A stretch of DNA of 48,000 nucleotides, taken from assembly GCF_036917275.1 (NCBI RefSeq), contig NZ_JBALDF010000071.1, forward strand, positions 487 to 48,486, written 5' to 3'. Every line of letters starts with the position of its first letter. The stretch's first letter is position 1. The DNA comes from Nostoc sp. GTDB taxonomy: Bacteria; Cyanobacteriota; Cyanobacteriia; Cyanobacteriales; Nostocaceae. The notes under the pieces were generated by a model. It did not search any database. It had not been told where the DNA came from and saw only the letters and a list, made by a program, of their open reading frames with translations. A program made the translations under genes and the position numbers. This document shows, one piece after another, positions 27,287 through 37,548 of the stretch.

Positions 27287-28423
27287 ATGTTTCAAATACT
27301 AATAATTGATGACGACTATTCAATAAAAATACTCCTAAAAAGGATGTTGGAAAAACAGGGTTATGAGGTAGTCACTGCCAGTAGCGGCGAGGAAGGAATA
27401 GAAAAGGCACTGTCTTACCGTCCAGCACTAATTATTTGTGATTGGATCATGCCAGGATTGACTGGACTAGAAGTTTGCCAGCGCATTAAGGCAGACCCCA
27501 AATTTTATACTACATTCTTTATTTTATTAACATCCTTAGATTCCGTTGCCGATTGCGTCAAAGGTCTAGATGCTGGTGCTGATGATTTTATCTCCAAACC
27601 TATTGAGCATAATGAATTACAAGCACGGGTAAGAGCGGGATTACGCCTGCATCAGTTGAGTAGAGATTTGCAGGCTCAAAAGTTGCTTTTAGAATCAGAA
27701 ATGTCAGAAGCCGCAGAATATGTGCGATCGCTACTGCCTCTTTCCATGACGGAACCCTTCAATATAAATTTCCGATTCATTCCCTCGCGGCAACTCGGCG
27801 GTGATTGCTTCGATTACTATTGGCTCGATGCTGATTATTTGGCAATTTACTTACTCGATACTGCCGGACATGGACTCAAAGCTACTCTTCCCTCTGTTTC
27901 AGTCCTAAATCTGCTGCGTTCCCGTGCGCTCAAAAGTCTGAATTACCATCAACCTAGTGATGTATTAAAGGCTTTGAATGATACCTTTCAGATGAATTAT
28001 CAAAATGACAAATACTTTACGATTTGGTATGGAGTTTACAACCGAATCAACCGCCAGTTAATTTATGCTAGTGCAGGTCATCCACCAGCAGTTTTAGTAA
28101 CCGGTACATCTCCCAGGAAGTCTGAAGTTAAACTTTTAAAAACCCCCGGTATGCCAGTTGGCATGTTTCCAGAGGCAAAATATGTTGATGGGTTTTGCGA
28201 TATTGAAAAATTCAGTACCCTTTATATTTTTAGTGATGGCGCTTATGAAATAACTAAATCAGATGGCATACTTTGGAGTTTGGATGCTTTTATTCAGCTA
28301 CTAGTTAGCTTACAACATCCTGTTGATGGCCAACTTGATCACGTACTGAGTTATTTAATCGCTCTGAACTCCAAAGATGTTTTTGATGATGATTTATCTA
28401 TTTTACAAATGAAGTTTGATTAA
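27287..28423 (+). CDS. Response-regulator receiver fused to a PP2C/SpoIIE-type serine phosphatase (RsbU-like)
   Basis: The receiver has 'ILIIDDD...LIICDWIMPGLTGLE...KP'. The C-terminal part has 'GGDCFDYYW', 'DTAGHG', 'SAGHPP' and 'FSDGAYE'. Confidence 0.9.
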   Translation: MFQILIIDDDYSIKILLKRMLEKQGYEVVTASSGEEGIEKALSYRPALIICDWIMPGLTGLEVCQRIKADPKFYTTFFILLTSLDSVADCVKGLDAGADDFISKPIEHNELQARVRAGLRLHQLSRDLQAQKLLLESEMSEAAEYVRSLLPLSMTEPFNINFRFIPSRQLGGDCFDYYWLDADYLAIYLLDTAGHGLKATLPSVSVLNLLRSRALKSLNYHQPSDVLKALNDTFQMNYQNDKYFTIWYGVYNRINRQLIYASAGHPPAVLVTGTSPRKSEVKLLKTPGMPVGMFPEAKYVDGFCDIEKFSTLYIFSDGAYEITKSDGILWSLDAFIQLLVSLQHPVDGQLDHVLSYLIALNSKDVFDDDLSILQMKFD

Positions 28424-28750
28424 TTATGTCTTGGAGACTAAAACTTGATTAAATGCGTCTTGATTAGGAAATATTTCAAATACTTTATCCATATTAGTCA
28501 GTTCAAATAATATCCTGACTTGCTCACTAATTGAGCAAAGAACAAGCTTACTATCTGCTGCTCGCAGTGTTTTGAAAGCTAAGACTAAAGCTCCTAAACC
28601 TGAACTATCCATAAATGTTACATCTTTAAAATCAACTAACACAATTTTCGCACCAGTTTCTAGAATATTAGTAATATTTTGTCGAAATTCTTGTGAAGTT
28701 GTGGCGTTTAAATTACCAGTGAGCTTAATAACTTTTACTTGTTCTCTCAT
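28424..28750 (-). CDS. STAS-domain anti-sigma-factor antagonist (SpoIIAA/RsbV-like)
   Basis: 108 aa with 'FMDSSGLGALV', which contains the phosphorylatable Ser context. Confidence 0.9.
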   Translation of the reverse strand: MREQVKVIKLTGNLNATTSQEFRQNITNILETGAKIVLVDFKDVTFMDSSGLGALVLAFKTLRAADSKLVLCSISEQVRILFELTNMDKVFEIFPNQDAFNQVLVSKT

Positions 28751-29174
28751 AATTATGTCACGCTGATTTGTGTAAATGATGCTCTTATTTCGCCATTATA
28801 TAACATTCAAAAATGCTTGCAAAATAAAAGCTAAGATTACATATTTATTAATCATTGATAATTAATCATCATAGATATAGATTAATTATCAATATTTTAA
28901 TCTGAGTTTTTTGTAATTTCAAAAAGCATATTATTAACTAAGTATACCTTTCCTACTAGTAAGAGACCAATTATAAATAAACCAGGTAAGTGAGTTGGCA
29001 CGATAAAAATTATATATGTTTAGTTTTATAAAAATGTTGCAATGACCGATTTATAAGCTGCTTGCTGCTTTGATGTTTTGTCATAGATGTTGATTTTTAA
29101 CGCCAACTTACTTGCATCTGATTAATGTAAATATATACTGATCTACAACCTGAAGTTACTGCTTTTCAGATTAT

Positions 29175-29429
29175 TTACCAAATATTTTTGCAAAACTGAG
29201 AACCGCTATAAACCTCATGATGATAGCCGTAATTAAACAATTCAAAATTCAAGGGGTTGCAGCGTGCAGCTAAACCGAGTCTAGCAGCGGCGTTCCTCTG
29301 CCTGGATACTGGGTGGTAGGTATAGATTATTCTCCAATTTGGCGGCTGCTCTGCATCACCCACTAAATTTTCCCAGTCTCTAGCTTCCAATTCAGCACTA
29401 TAAGCAAAAATACTATGAAAATTACTCAA
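29175..29429 (-). CDS. Hypothetical protein (weak call)
   Basis: 84-aa ORF with only a TTG start, no recognised motif and no competing ORF. Confidence 0.3.
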   Translation of the reverse strand: MSNFHSIFAYSAELEARDWENLVGDAEQPPNWRIIYTYHPVSRQRNAAARLGLAARCNPLNFELFNYGYHHEVYSGSQFCKNIW

Positions 29430-29737
29430 CTATCGGGGTTTCACATCAGAATCATTAATACATATAACCATTTCTTGACTACTGAGTATTTATGATAGTA
29501 ACTAGGATCTAGATTTATTTATGTCCAATTACTTACATAATTGAAATAATTTACCTTTGGACTACCGCTCTAGAGCCAAAAATTTCGCTTTCAACAGCAC
29601 CAAGCAAGCTCAAACGCACACCAACGCTCTAACAGAAGTTCTCAGAGGCGATCGCCTCGGCTATTTTAGTATCCCCAATATCTCTTATTTATCAACAGAT
29701 AACACAACAAGTAAAGAGTTATGAATTTCTAAGTCCC

Positions 29738-30352
29738 TCAAACAGCACTGACTTTGGCTCTGTAAAGCAGCTTTTCACCTTGAAGGTAGCCAGTGTAGCG
29801 CACCTTGACTTTTTCACCAGGTTGTGCTTTACCCTCCATCAATTGGTGGAGTTGGGGGTCATAAGGTAATTCTGCTCCCACGGGTGCGATCGCTTCCACT
29901 CCCCACGCCTGTAAAAGCTTTTCCAGGGGTTTCTGCACCAACGGTACTATTTTGACTGCTGCTAGCTGGGGATTTTCTTGCGCTTTCTGTGCTGCCGTTG
30001 GCCATTGCAATAATAAAGACTCCAGCAGTTGCAAACTCGACTGCTGGAGTTCTTGTAGTAATATCTCTTGCTGTTGTTTTATTTGTTGCTGCGAGCGATC
30101 GTACTCTGTTCTTAAATCTGCAATCTGTTGTAACAATTCCTGAGTGGGCGCTGTTTTCTCTTGTAATAACTCTACGGTTGAAAAAGTTGTGACTAATTCA
30201 CTCAATGGCATCTGTAGCACTGGCGACAGCTTGAGCAGCACTTCTACCCGCATCTGCTCTAGCTTTCCTTGGCGTAACCGCAAAAGTTGACGCTCTGAGA
30301 CACCAGCAGCGCGACTCAGCGCTTTAAAACTAGAAATACCCACCTGTTGCAT
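29738..30352 (-). CDS. HTH (XRE-like) N-terminal domain, Gln-rich coiled coil and GrpE-like C-terminal beta domain
   Basis: 'FKALSRAAGVSERQLLRLRQGKLEQM' is HTH-like. The C-terminal 'PVGAELPYDPQLHQLMEGKAQPGEKVKVRYTGYLQGEKLLYRAKVSAV' resembles the GrpE C-terminus. The start was chosen at MQQVG (30352); the ORF track extends to 30466 through a heptamer array. Confidence 0.65.
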   Translation of the reverse strand: MQQVGISSFKALSRAAGVSERQLLRLRQGKLEQMRVEVLLKLSPVLQMPLSELVTTFSTVELLQEKTAPTQELLQQIADLRTEYDRSQQQIKQQQEILLQELQQSSLQLLESLLLQWPTAAQKAQENPQLAAVKIVPLVQKPLEKLLQAWGVEAIAPVGAELPYDPQLHQLMEGKAQPGEKVKVRYTGYLQGEKLLYRAKVSAV

Positions 30353-30367
30353 TAAATCTTGCAATTT

Positions 30368-30430
30368 TTGGGTATTGGGTATTGGGTATTGGGTATTAGG
30401 CATTGGGTATTGGGTATTGAGCATTGGGGA
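30368..30430. repeat. Nine tandem heptamers (TTGGGTA / TACCCAA family, STRR-type)
   Basis: TTGGGTATTGGGTATTGGGTATTGGGTATTAGGCATTGGGTATTGGGTATTGAGCATTGGGG. Related heptamer runs lie at 30503-30540 (CCTATNC) and 31055-31083 (ATTGGGN). Confidence 0.85.
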
Positions 30431-30536
30431 GCCAGTGCGTTGCGGAGGTTCCCTTCGTTGAAGCAACTGGCGTCATCGAGTATTGGCGATTAAGTTTTTT
30501 CTCTATTTCCTATTCCCTATACCCTATGCCCCATTC

Positions 30537-31028
30537 CTATTCTTCCAGTAAACTTCTCAACATCCAAGCTGTCTTTTCATGTACTTGCATCCGCTGAGTC
30601 AATAAATCGGCAGTAGGTTCGTCGTTAACTTCCTCTACCACAGGGAAAATAGACCGTGCAGTTCTGACTACGGCCTCTTGTCCTTCCACTAATAAGCGAA
30701 TCATCTCCACAGCTTTAGGAACTCCGGGAGTTTCTGGAATTGAACTCAGCTTGGCATATTCGCTGTAGGTTCCTGGTGCGGGATAACCAAGCGCTCTAAT
30801 TCTCTCGGCTATTAAATCAACTGCTAAGGCTAATTCTGTATACTGGGTTTCAAACATCAAATGCAATGTTTGGAACATCGGCCCGGTTACATTCCAATGG
30901 AAGTTATGAGTTTTCAGATAGAGTGTATAAGTGTCAGCCAACAGGCGAGATAAACCCTCGGCAATTTTAGCCCTACTTGGCTCGTCAATGCCGATATTTA
31001 CATTTTTGACTGTTACTTTCGATGACAT
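30537..31028 (-). CDS. dps: Dps (DNA protection during starvation, ferritin-like)
   Basis: 163 aa with '[38 protein letters not shown]' and '[11 protein letters not shown]'. Confidence 0.9.
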   Translation of the reverse strand: MSSKVTVKNVNIGIDEPSRAKIAEGLSRLLADTYTLYLKTHNFHWNVTGPMFQTLHLMFETQYTELALAVDLIAERIRALGYPAPGTYSEYAKLSSIPETPGVPKAVEMIRLLVEGQEAVVRTARSIFPVVEEVNDEPTADLLTQRMQVHEKTAWMLRSLLEE

Positions 31029-31131
31029 AATTTTTTCCTAATTAGGTTATATGTAATTGGGGATTGGATATTGGGCATTGGCAAGAAAATTAAGTCTCCA
31101 TGCCCCATGCCCCTGCCCCAAACTCAAGTCT

Positions 31132-31395
31132 CTATGCCAAGTGCATCTTCAAAACGCTGCGGGGTGCTTTACGGACTCTGGCTAAAACGGTTTCTTTGCC
31201 TAAACGCTGGCAAGCTTCATACCGATGGCAACCAGAGAAGCCATAATATTGTCCATCTACTTCTAGGACATCAATAGGTTCTTGCTGCCCAATCTCCGCA
31301 ATCGATTCCATTAAAGCTTGCACTTTATTTGGATCGTTTGCACGGGGCAATGGCCGTTTTATCTGATTCAATGGGATTTCTTGGACTTTAACCAT
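31132..31395 (-). CDS. srxA: Sulfiredoxin (ParB/Srx fold)
   Basis: 'GQYYGFSGCHRYEACQRLGKETVLARV' contains the sulfiredoxin FSGCHR active-site motif. The ATG at 31395 is preferred over the upstream TTG at 31410. Confidence 0.8.
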   Translation of the reverse strand: MVKVQEIPLNQIKRPLPRANDPNKVQALMESIAEIGQQEPIDVLEVDGQYYGFSGCHRYEACQRLGKETVLARVRKAPRSVLKMHLA

Positions 31396-31675
31396 AAAAA
31401 GTTTATCCAACTGGTTCTGTTTTGTGTATCTAAATAAATCATAGTCATTATGACTTTATTTTGCAACTAGTATTTGGGGCAAAACTAGTAATGGTATCAT
31501 TGGAGCACTCATGCGACAAAAAGACCGTGCTACAAAGCAATTGGAAAATCAGCTCCAACGCCGTATTAAGGGGCAGAAGATACTCGTGACGCTCGGTGAC
31601 TCGCTAAAGCTGCGCTATCGCCTTTGGCGTCTCCCTTTGGGAGAAGACTCGCTATCGCTTCGCTATCAGGTAGCC

Positions 31676-33265
31676 ATGAAATTTTCGTTTTGGCGTTTTT
31701 CCCACACTGTGCTGACAACATTTTGTCTATTGGGACTGACTGCTGCATCAGGCCCTGAGAGTAATATCCAGGATATGGAACTGAAAATAGGGATTGTGCA
31801 GCGATTTGGCTCACAACCCACAGCCAAGCTGCAACTGGAACCCACAAAAGGCGATCGCTTAAAGCTAAAATTTATTGCGGACAACAAGCAGCAAGTGCTG
31901 GTTACCAATAAACCTGTAAAGCTGGAAACAGTCATGCAAGCTTTACCGCATTCAGCAGTTGAAGAAGTGGTAGTTTTGGGCACATATCGCACCTTTGAAA
32001 CTGCCGAAGACAGTGCTAATAAATGGCGTTCTCAGGGAATGGAAGTAGAAATAGCCCAGCCAGAACGCTGGCAGGTTTGGGCGAAACGAGATGTTTATAG
32101 CACTCCTTTACTGCGACGCTTGTTATTGCAGAACATCCAAGCTTCTACCAAACAAAAAGTATATCTTGATACTAAGATTGTTAAACAAGTGCCGCGAGTT
32201 AGTTGGGTGGTGGATGGTAAACGCTATAGCCCAAATGATTTGGAAATCAGCACTGATAAAAACTTGATTCGGGTGAATAAAAGCGAAAAACAAGAGTTTG
32301 CTCGTCTTTATGCTGGACGACTGAATTTGCAGCCAAATGCATACGGCACATACACTCTAGTTAACCAAGTACCTTTAGAAACTTATTTGCGTGGGGTTCT
32401 GCCTTACGAAATAGGTACAGATGCACCAATAGCGGCGCTAGAAGCCCAAGCAATTATCGCCCGGACTTATGCCTTGAGAAATTTACGCAGGTTTGTTGCA
32501 GATAACTATCAGTTGTGTGCTGATACTCATTGCCAAGTTTATTATGGGCTAAATGGATCTGCTGCCAAAACAGACCGAGCGATCGCTTCCACCAGAGGTA
32601 AAGTAGTAACTTATAAAAACGAACTAGTAGATGCCCTGTATTCTTCCACCACTGGTGGTGTTACCGCCTCCTTCAGCGATGTCTGGAATGGCGATGATCG
32701 TCCCTATCTGCGCCCTGTACTAGATGCTGCGACTAATTTCTGGAACTTGTCTAAGCAAAGTTTGGCAGATGAAAATAACTTCCAGAAATTTATTAATATC
32801 CAACAAGGATTTAATGAAAGCAAGTGGGATATGTTTCGTTGGCACAAGGAAACCCCTTTAAAGGATATTATCAAGGACTTGCAGAAATTTTTGCAGGTGA
32901 AAAACAGTCCCTATGCCAAATTTAAGACAATTCAGGCTATGGCAGTAGTGAAGCGAAGCCAGAGTGGACGCATCCTTGAACTGGCGGTTAAAACCGATAA
33001 CAGCACCTTTATTCTCCACAAAGACGAAGTTCGCAGTGCCTTTGCTGCTCCTATGAGTACGCTATTTTATATAGAGCCTCTGAATAAAGGCAAACCAGAA
33101 CTGTGGGGATACGCTTTTATTGGTGGTGGATTAGGACATGGAGTCGGCTTAAGTCAAACTGGCGCTCAAAATTTAGCAAAACTAGGTTGGTCGAGTCCAA
33201 AAATTCTCCAATTCTATTATCCTGGTACTCAGATTAAAATTCTTAGTAAAAAAATTAAGCTTTAA
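31676..33265 (+). CDS. SpoIID/LytB-domain protein (cell-wall amidase enhancer family), secreted
   Basis: The signal-like start is 'MKFSFWRFSHTVLTTFCLLGLTAASG'. The SpoIID core has 'ALEAQAIIARTYAL', 'YSSTTGGVTA' and 'GHGVGLSQTGA'. The ORF-track start at 31511 reads through a dispersed repeat and is probably too long. Confidence 0.85.
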   Translation: MKFSFWRFSHTVLTTFCLLGLTAASGPESNIQDMELKIGIVQRFGSQPTAKLQLEPTKGDRLKLKFIADNKQQVLVTNKPVKLETVMQALPHSAVEEVVVLGTYRTFETAEDSANKWRSQGMEVEIAQPERWQVWAKRDVYSTPLLRRLLLQNIQASTKQKVYLDTKIVKQVPRVSWVVDGKRYSPNDLEISTDKNLIRVNKSEKQEFARLYAGRLNLQPNAYGTYTLVNQVPLETYLRGVLPYEIGTDAPIAALEAQAIIARTYALRNLRRFVADNYQLCADTHCQVYYGLNGSAAKTDRAIASTRGKVVTYKNELVDALYSSTTGGVTASFSDVWNGDDRPYLRPVLDAATNFWNLSKQSLADENNFQKFINIQQGFNESKWDMFRWHKETPLKDIIKDLQKFLQVKNSPYAKFKTIQAMAVVKRSQSGRILELAVKTDNSTFILHKDEVRSAFAAPMSTLFYIEPLNKGKPELWGYAFIGGGLGHGVGLSQTGAQNLAKLGWSSPKILQFYYPGTQIKILSKKIKL

Positions 33266-33489
33266 CAAAAGAGGCCAGAGGCAATCGCAGAGGGGAAACT
33301 CCATACTGAAAAATTAAGCAGGAACACAGGAAATTTTGTGTTCCTACTTAACACGAAATTAGGCTTTTTGTCAAAGTCGTTTTAAGAGGTACACACGGCA
33401 TTGGAAGGGTGTTGACCCTAGATGCCCTGCTTCTATTTTGTCAACATCATTAACTCTTGCAAGAGCTTTATTGTTGAGGTGTCCAACTC

Positions 33490-33867
<378 letters not shown>

Positions 33868-34347
33868 CTAGTTTAAATTTGCTTCAATTCTGATACTAAG
33901 AGAAAAATTAAACTATGTAACTGGAAATTGAACCCGATTAGTAATGAAATTTAGTTGCTTAATCAAGATAAGTTTTATTTATATGTTTATTGCCCTAGTC
34001 AGGCTGTGATAAGAAAAAACTATCTTAATAAGTAAGAAAATATTATTACAATTGATGGCATCTAAAAGTTTAAATTTTCTACCATAATAAATAAGTTTTG
34101 TCAAGACAATGACTAAGAAATTTGGGTAAGTTAATAATCAAAAAGTTCCTCCAACAACTCCGAAAATTTAAGTGCGTTCTGCGCTTTTGTACGAGACGCT
34201 ATCGCCCTGAGAATTGCCCAATCAGATTTTTTAATCACCTGATTTTTTTGCCTTAGGCGCTTGGAAAGAGTGCCTTCGTTTTAGGGAATGAAAAAAGAAT
34301 CCCACCACTAGAAGTGTGGGAGGATCGAAAATAGAACTAGGAGGATC

Positions 34348-35346
34348 ATGTATAATTCAGAAGCAGCTTTGGAAAAAGCAAAAGTGCGTGTAGGTTTGGT
34401 AGGTAATGGGTATGTGGCAAAGTTTCGCGCTGAGGCATTGCTCCATGATGAGCGATCGCATTTAGTCGCAGTTGTTGGTCATACAAAAGAAAAAGCAGAA
34501 ACCTTTGCCAAAGAGTACCAGATTGAAGCGTTGAGTTCTTGGCAAGAAGTAGTAGAGCGTGAAGATATAGACCTAGTAGTGATCTCCACTATTAATCGAG
34601 ATCATGGGGTGATCGCTCGTGCAGCCCTTACCAACGGCAAACACGTAATTGTAGAGTATCCCCTTTCATTGGATGTGGTTGAAGCTGAGGAGCTGATCGC
34701 TTTAGCCAAAGCACAACAAAAACTCCTGCACGTTGAACACCTAGAACTTTTGGGTGGTTTGCATCAAGCCTTAAAGCAAAACTTAGCCAAAATTGGTGAG
34801 GTGTTTTATGTTCGCTACAGCACCATCAATCCCCAGAATCCTGCACCCCGCAAATGGACTTATAATCACGAGCTTTTTGGTTTCCCCTTAATTGGGGCGC
34901 TGTCTCGCCTACATCGTCTCATCGATTTATTTGGTAAAGTATTTACTATTAACTGTCACCAACGATATTGGGAAATAGAACCAGAATACTACCAAACCTG
35001 TTTTTGCACTAGTGAACTGTCCTTCAACAGTGGACTTTTAGCCCAAGTAGTTTATGGCAAAGGCGAAAGTATCTGGCAATCAGAACGCAAATTTGAAGTT
35101 CACGGTGAAAAAGGTGGTTTAATTTTTGATGGCGACACAGGATTGTTTATCCAGCCAGGGGAAACAACACCTATAGAGGTTGGTTCTCGCCGGGGTTTGT
35201 TCGCCAAAGACACGAGTATGGTATTAGACCATCTTTTTGATGGCACTCCTTTGTATGTTACCCCAGAGGAGAGCTTGTATACCCTAAAGGTTGCTGATGC
35301 TGCCCAAAGAGCTGCACAGACAGGGTTAGTGCGATTCGTTGTTTAG
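34348..35346 (+). CDS. bvdR: Biliverdin reductase (Gfo/Idh/MocA fold), ORF as it stands in the DNA; the last 5 codons and the stop appear to be intron sequence
   Basis: 'VRVGLVGNGYVAKFRAEAL', 'LLHVEHLELLGGLHQALKQNLAKIGEVFYVRYSTINPQNPAPRKWTYNHELFGFPL' closely resembles cyanobacterial BvdR as I recall it. Codon 328 onward (GTG CGA TTC...) begins with the group II intron 5' consensus. Confidence 0.75.
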   Translation: MYNSEAALEKAKVRVGLVGNGYVAKFRAEALLHDERSHLVAVVGHTKEKAETFAKEYQIEALSSWQEVVEREDIDLVVISTINRDHGVIARAALTNGKHVIVEYPLSLDVVEAEELIALAKAQQKLLHVEHLELLGGLHQALKQNLAKIGEVFYVRYSTINPQNPAPRKWTYNHELFGFPLIGALSRLHRLIDLFGKVFTINCHQRYWEIEPEYYQTCFCTSELSFNSGLLAQVVYGKGESIWQSERKFEVHGEKGGLIFDGDTGLFIQPGETTPIEVGSRRGLFAKDTSMVLDHLFDGTPLYVTPEESLYTLKVADAAQRAAQTGLVRFVV

Positions 35347-37548
35347 TGAATCACGGTAAACAGCCCGTACATAACTAAGCCAGCCCGACAGCAGATTACT
35401 GTCATAAAGGCTGAACTCTCGGTCAGATGCAAGTGAAAGTCTTGCCATTCAGACTCAGAATTGACTCCTTATCTGCCCACACCGAACAAGCTCGGTTCTT
35501 GTAGAGTGAAGCTGGGAACAGGGTGCAATCAGACGACCGTTGCGGGTTGACACTGGTGCTAACAGGGAGTTCCTACGATGAAACCGAGCCTAAGAAAGCG
35601 ACTTAAGTCTGAAGCAGGGCGCAACAAAAAAACCCCCTGACTTTACTGGAGTCCATTCCCGCCGTAATTAACCCAGAAACGGCAAAGAGTCTAGGGAATC
35701 CAGTAGTCGAATTGGCTACATCTAACGGAACAATCAATCTCTCCGAGGGAACGAACAAAAACGAGTTGTGGGTCTAGGGGCAGTCGAACCCCAAGTAGCC
35801 CAGACGAGCGGAGGAATCCCCACAATTCGGGTAGGACAGACCGTAATTGGTCTGAGGTGTTCAGAAAATACAAACTCTAGAAGAGAAAATGATTAGACAC
35901 AGTAAACATACTAGTGAATCTTGGAGAGCATTACCGTGGAAGAAATTCCGCCGAAATCTTTTCCGCCTTCAAAAGCGCGTATTTAAAGCTGTTCAAGTTG
36001 GAGACAAGCGGAAAGCACGGTTACTCCAAAAGCTTATTCTAAAATCAACCTCGGCTCGATTTCTTGCAATAAGACAAGTATCTCAGCTAAACGCTGGCAA
36101 AAAGACGGCTGGTATTGATGGGAAGAAATCCCTATCATTTCAAGAACGCTTCAACCTTGAAGAATCATTAAAAATGAATAGTGGAAATTGGAAGCATCAA
36201 GGACTACGGGAAATCCCCATCCCTAAGAAGGACGGGACTACCAGAATGCTTAAGATACCTACCGTCGCGGATAGAGCTTGGCAATGCCTAGCAAAATACG
36301 CACTAGAAGCAGCACACGAAGCCACTTTCCACTCCAGGAGTTATGGGTTTAGAACTGGGCGCTCTGCCCATGATGCACAAAAGTACATCTTTAATAACCT
36401 TAGATCCGTAGCGAATGGAATAGATAAACGAGTCATAGAACTCGATATCGAGAAGTGCTTCGACAGGATTAATCACTCAGCAATAATGGACGAACTCATC
36501 GCCCCTAAAGGCTTAAAACTCGGTATCTTCCGATGCCTTAAGGCTGGAGTCAACCCAGAATTTCCCGAACAAGGAACACCCCAAGGGGGAGTAGTCAGTC
36601 CTCTACTAGCTAACATTGCACTCAACGGGATTGAGAGTATACATAGACATCACGACAAACGAGGATTCAGAATAACTGCTAAAACCTCAGCCAGTAATAT
36701 CGTCGAGCCATCAATCCGATACGCAGACGATATGGTTATTATACTCCGACCCGAAGATGATGCGACAGAGATACTTGAAAGAATCAGCGAGTTTCTCCGT
36801 AAACGCGGAATGAATGTAAGCCAAAAGAAAACCAAAGTTACCGCCGCGACAGATGGGTTTGATTTCCTCGGCTGGCATTTTAAAGTCCAGAAAAACGGAA
36901 AGTTTAGAAGTATCCCTTCAGTGGATAACTGCAAAGCGTTCCGTAAGAAAAGAAAACACATCGTCAACAACTCGAATTATGGCGCTATCATAAAAGCTAA
37001 GAAATTAGCCCCGGTAGTTAGAGGTTGGAGAAATTACCATAAGTTCTGCAAGATGGACGGGTCTAGAAACTCGCTATACCACATCCAAAAAAGAGCTTAC
37101 ACGGTATTTAACAAGGAAACCAATCAAAACCGCAACTCTAGCAAGAAATTACTAGACAAAGCATTTCCAAAGGTTCCTTATTCCGAAAATAAACACGTCA
37201 TGGTGGCAGGTAAGAAGTCCCCCTATGACGGAAATACAGCCTATTGGAGCGAACGTAACAGTAAGCTGTATGACGGCGAAACTTCTATTGCCCTTAAGAA
37301 GCAAAACCATAAATGTGCATTCTGCGGCTTAAAATTCATCGATGAGGAACGGGTTCACCTGCATCACATCGACGGAAATCACGCCAACTGGAAGAAAAAT
37401 AATTCTGAAGCAATTCATGAGAGTTGCCACGATTACAAACACATGAGCAAAAGCGCAAGCTGAGAACATCGGAAGCTGGGTGCGGTGAAAGTCGCACGCC
37501 CAGATTTAACTGAGAGGTGCGGGGAATAATACCCCCCATCGACTCAAC
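35329..37548 (+). mobile_element. Group II intron (about 2.2 kb) with an intron-encoded protein
   Basis: The 5' end is GTGCG at 35329. Domain V is at 37473-37506 (AAGCTGGGTGCGGTGAAAGTCGCACGCCCAGATT, with the AGC triad and GAAA loop). A domain VI-like hairpin has a bulged A at 37542. Candidate EBS1 TAACCC (35669-35674) and EBS2 GTCTG (35607-35611) complement the upstream exon ...CAGACAGGGTTA. The 3' boundary is uncertain by a few nt. Confidence 0.85.
35889..37463 (+). CDS. Group II intron-encoded reverse transcriptase/maturase with a C-terminal HNH endonuclease domain
   Basis: 524 aa. RT blocks include 'GTPQGGVVSPLLANIAL' and 'RYADDMVII'. A maturase (X) region has 'GWRNYHKFC'. The HNH region is 'CAFCG...HLHHIDGNHANWKKNN...HESCHDYKH'. 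Confidence 0.95.
   Translation: MIRHSKHTSESWRALPWKKFRRNLFRLQKRVFKAVQVGDKRKARLLQKLILKSTSARFLAIRQVSQLNAGKKTAGIDGKKSLSFQERFNLEESLKMNSGNWKHQGLREIPIPKKDGTTRMLKIPTVADRAWQCLAKYALEAAHEATFHSRSYGFRTGRSAHDAQKYIFNNLRSVANGIDKRVIELDIEKCFDRINHSAIMDELIAPKGLKLGIFRCLKAGVNPEFPEQGTPQGGVVSPLLANIALNGIESIHRHHDKRGFRITAKTSASNIVEPSIRYADDMVIILRPEDDATEILERISEFLRKRGMNVSQKKTKVTAATDGFDFLGWHFKVQKNGKFRSIPSVDNCKAFRKKRKHIVNNSNYGAIIKAKKLAPVVRGWRNYHKFCKMDGSRNSLYHIQKRAYTVFNKETNQNRNSSKKLLDKAFPKVPYSENKHVMVAGKKSPYDGNTAYWSERNSKLYDGETSIALKKQNHKCAFCGLKFIDEERVHLHHIDGNHANWKKNNSEAIHESCHDYKHMSKSAS

Noticed and set aside
31511-31675. N-terminal 55-aa extension of the SpoIID-like ORF
   Set aside because: The extension translates the dispersed-repeat segment and precedes a good signal-peptide start (MKFSFWRF… at 31676), so the shorter gene model is preferred.
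35889-37463. Reverse transcriptase as a retron or diversity-generating retroelement
   Set aside because: The RT is followed by a canonical domain V/VI and preceded by a GTGCG 5' end with EBS motifs. It also has maturase and HNH domains. No template/variable repeat pair or msr/msd-like structure was seen, so it is a group II intron protein.
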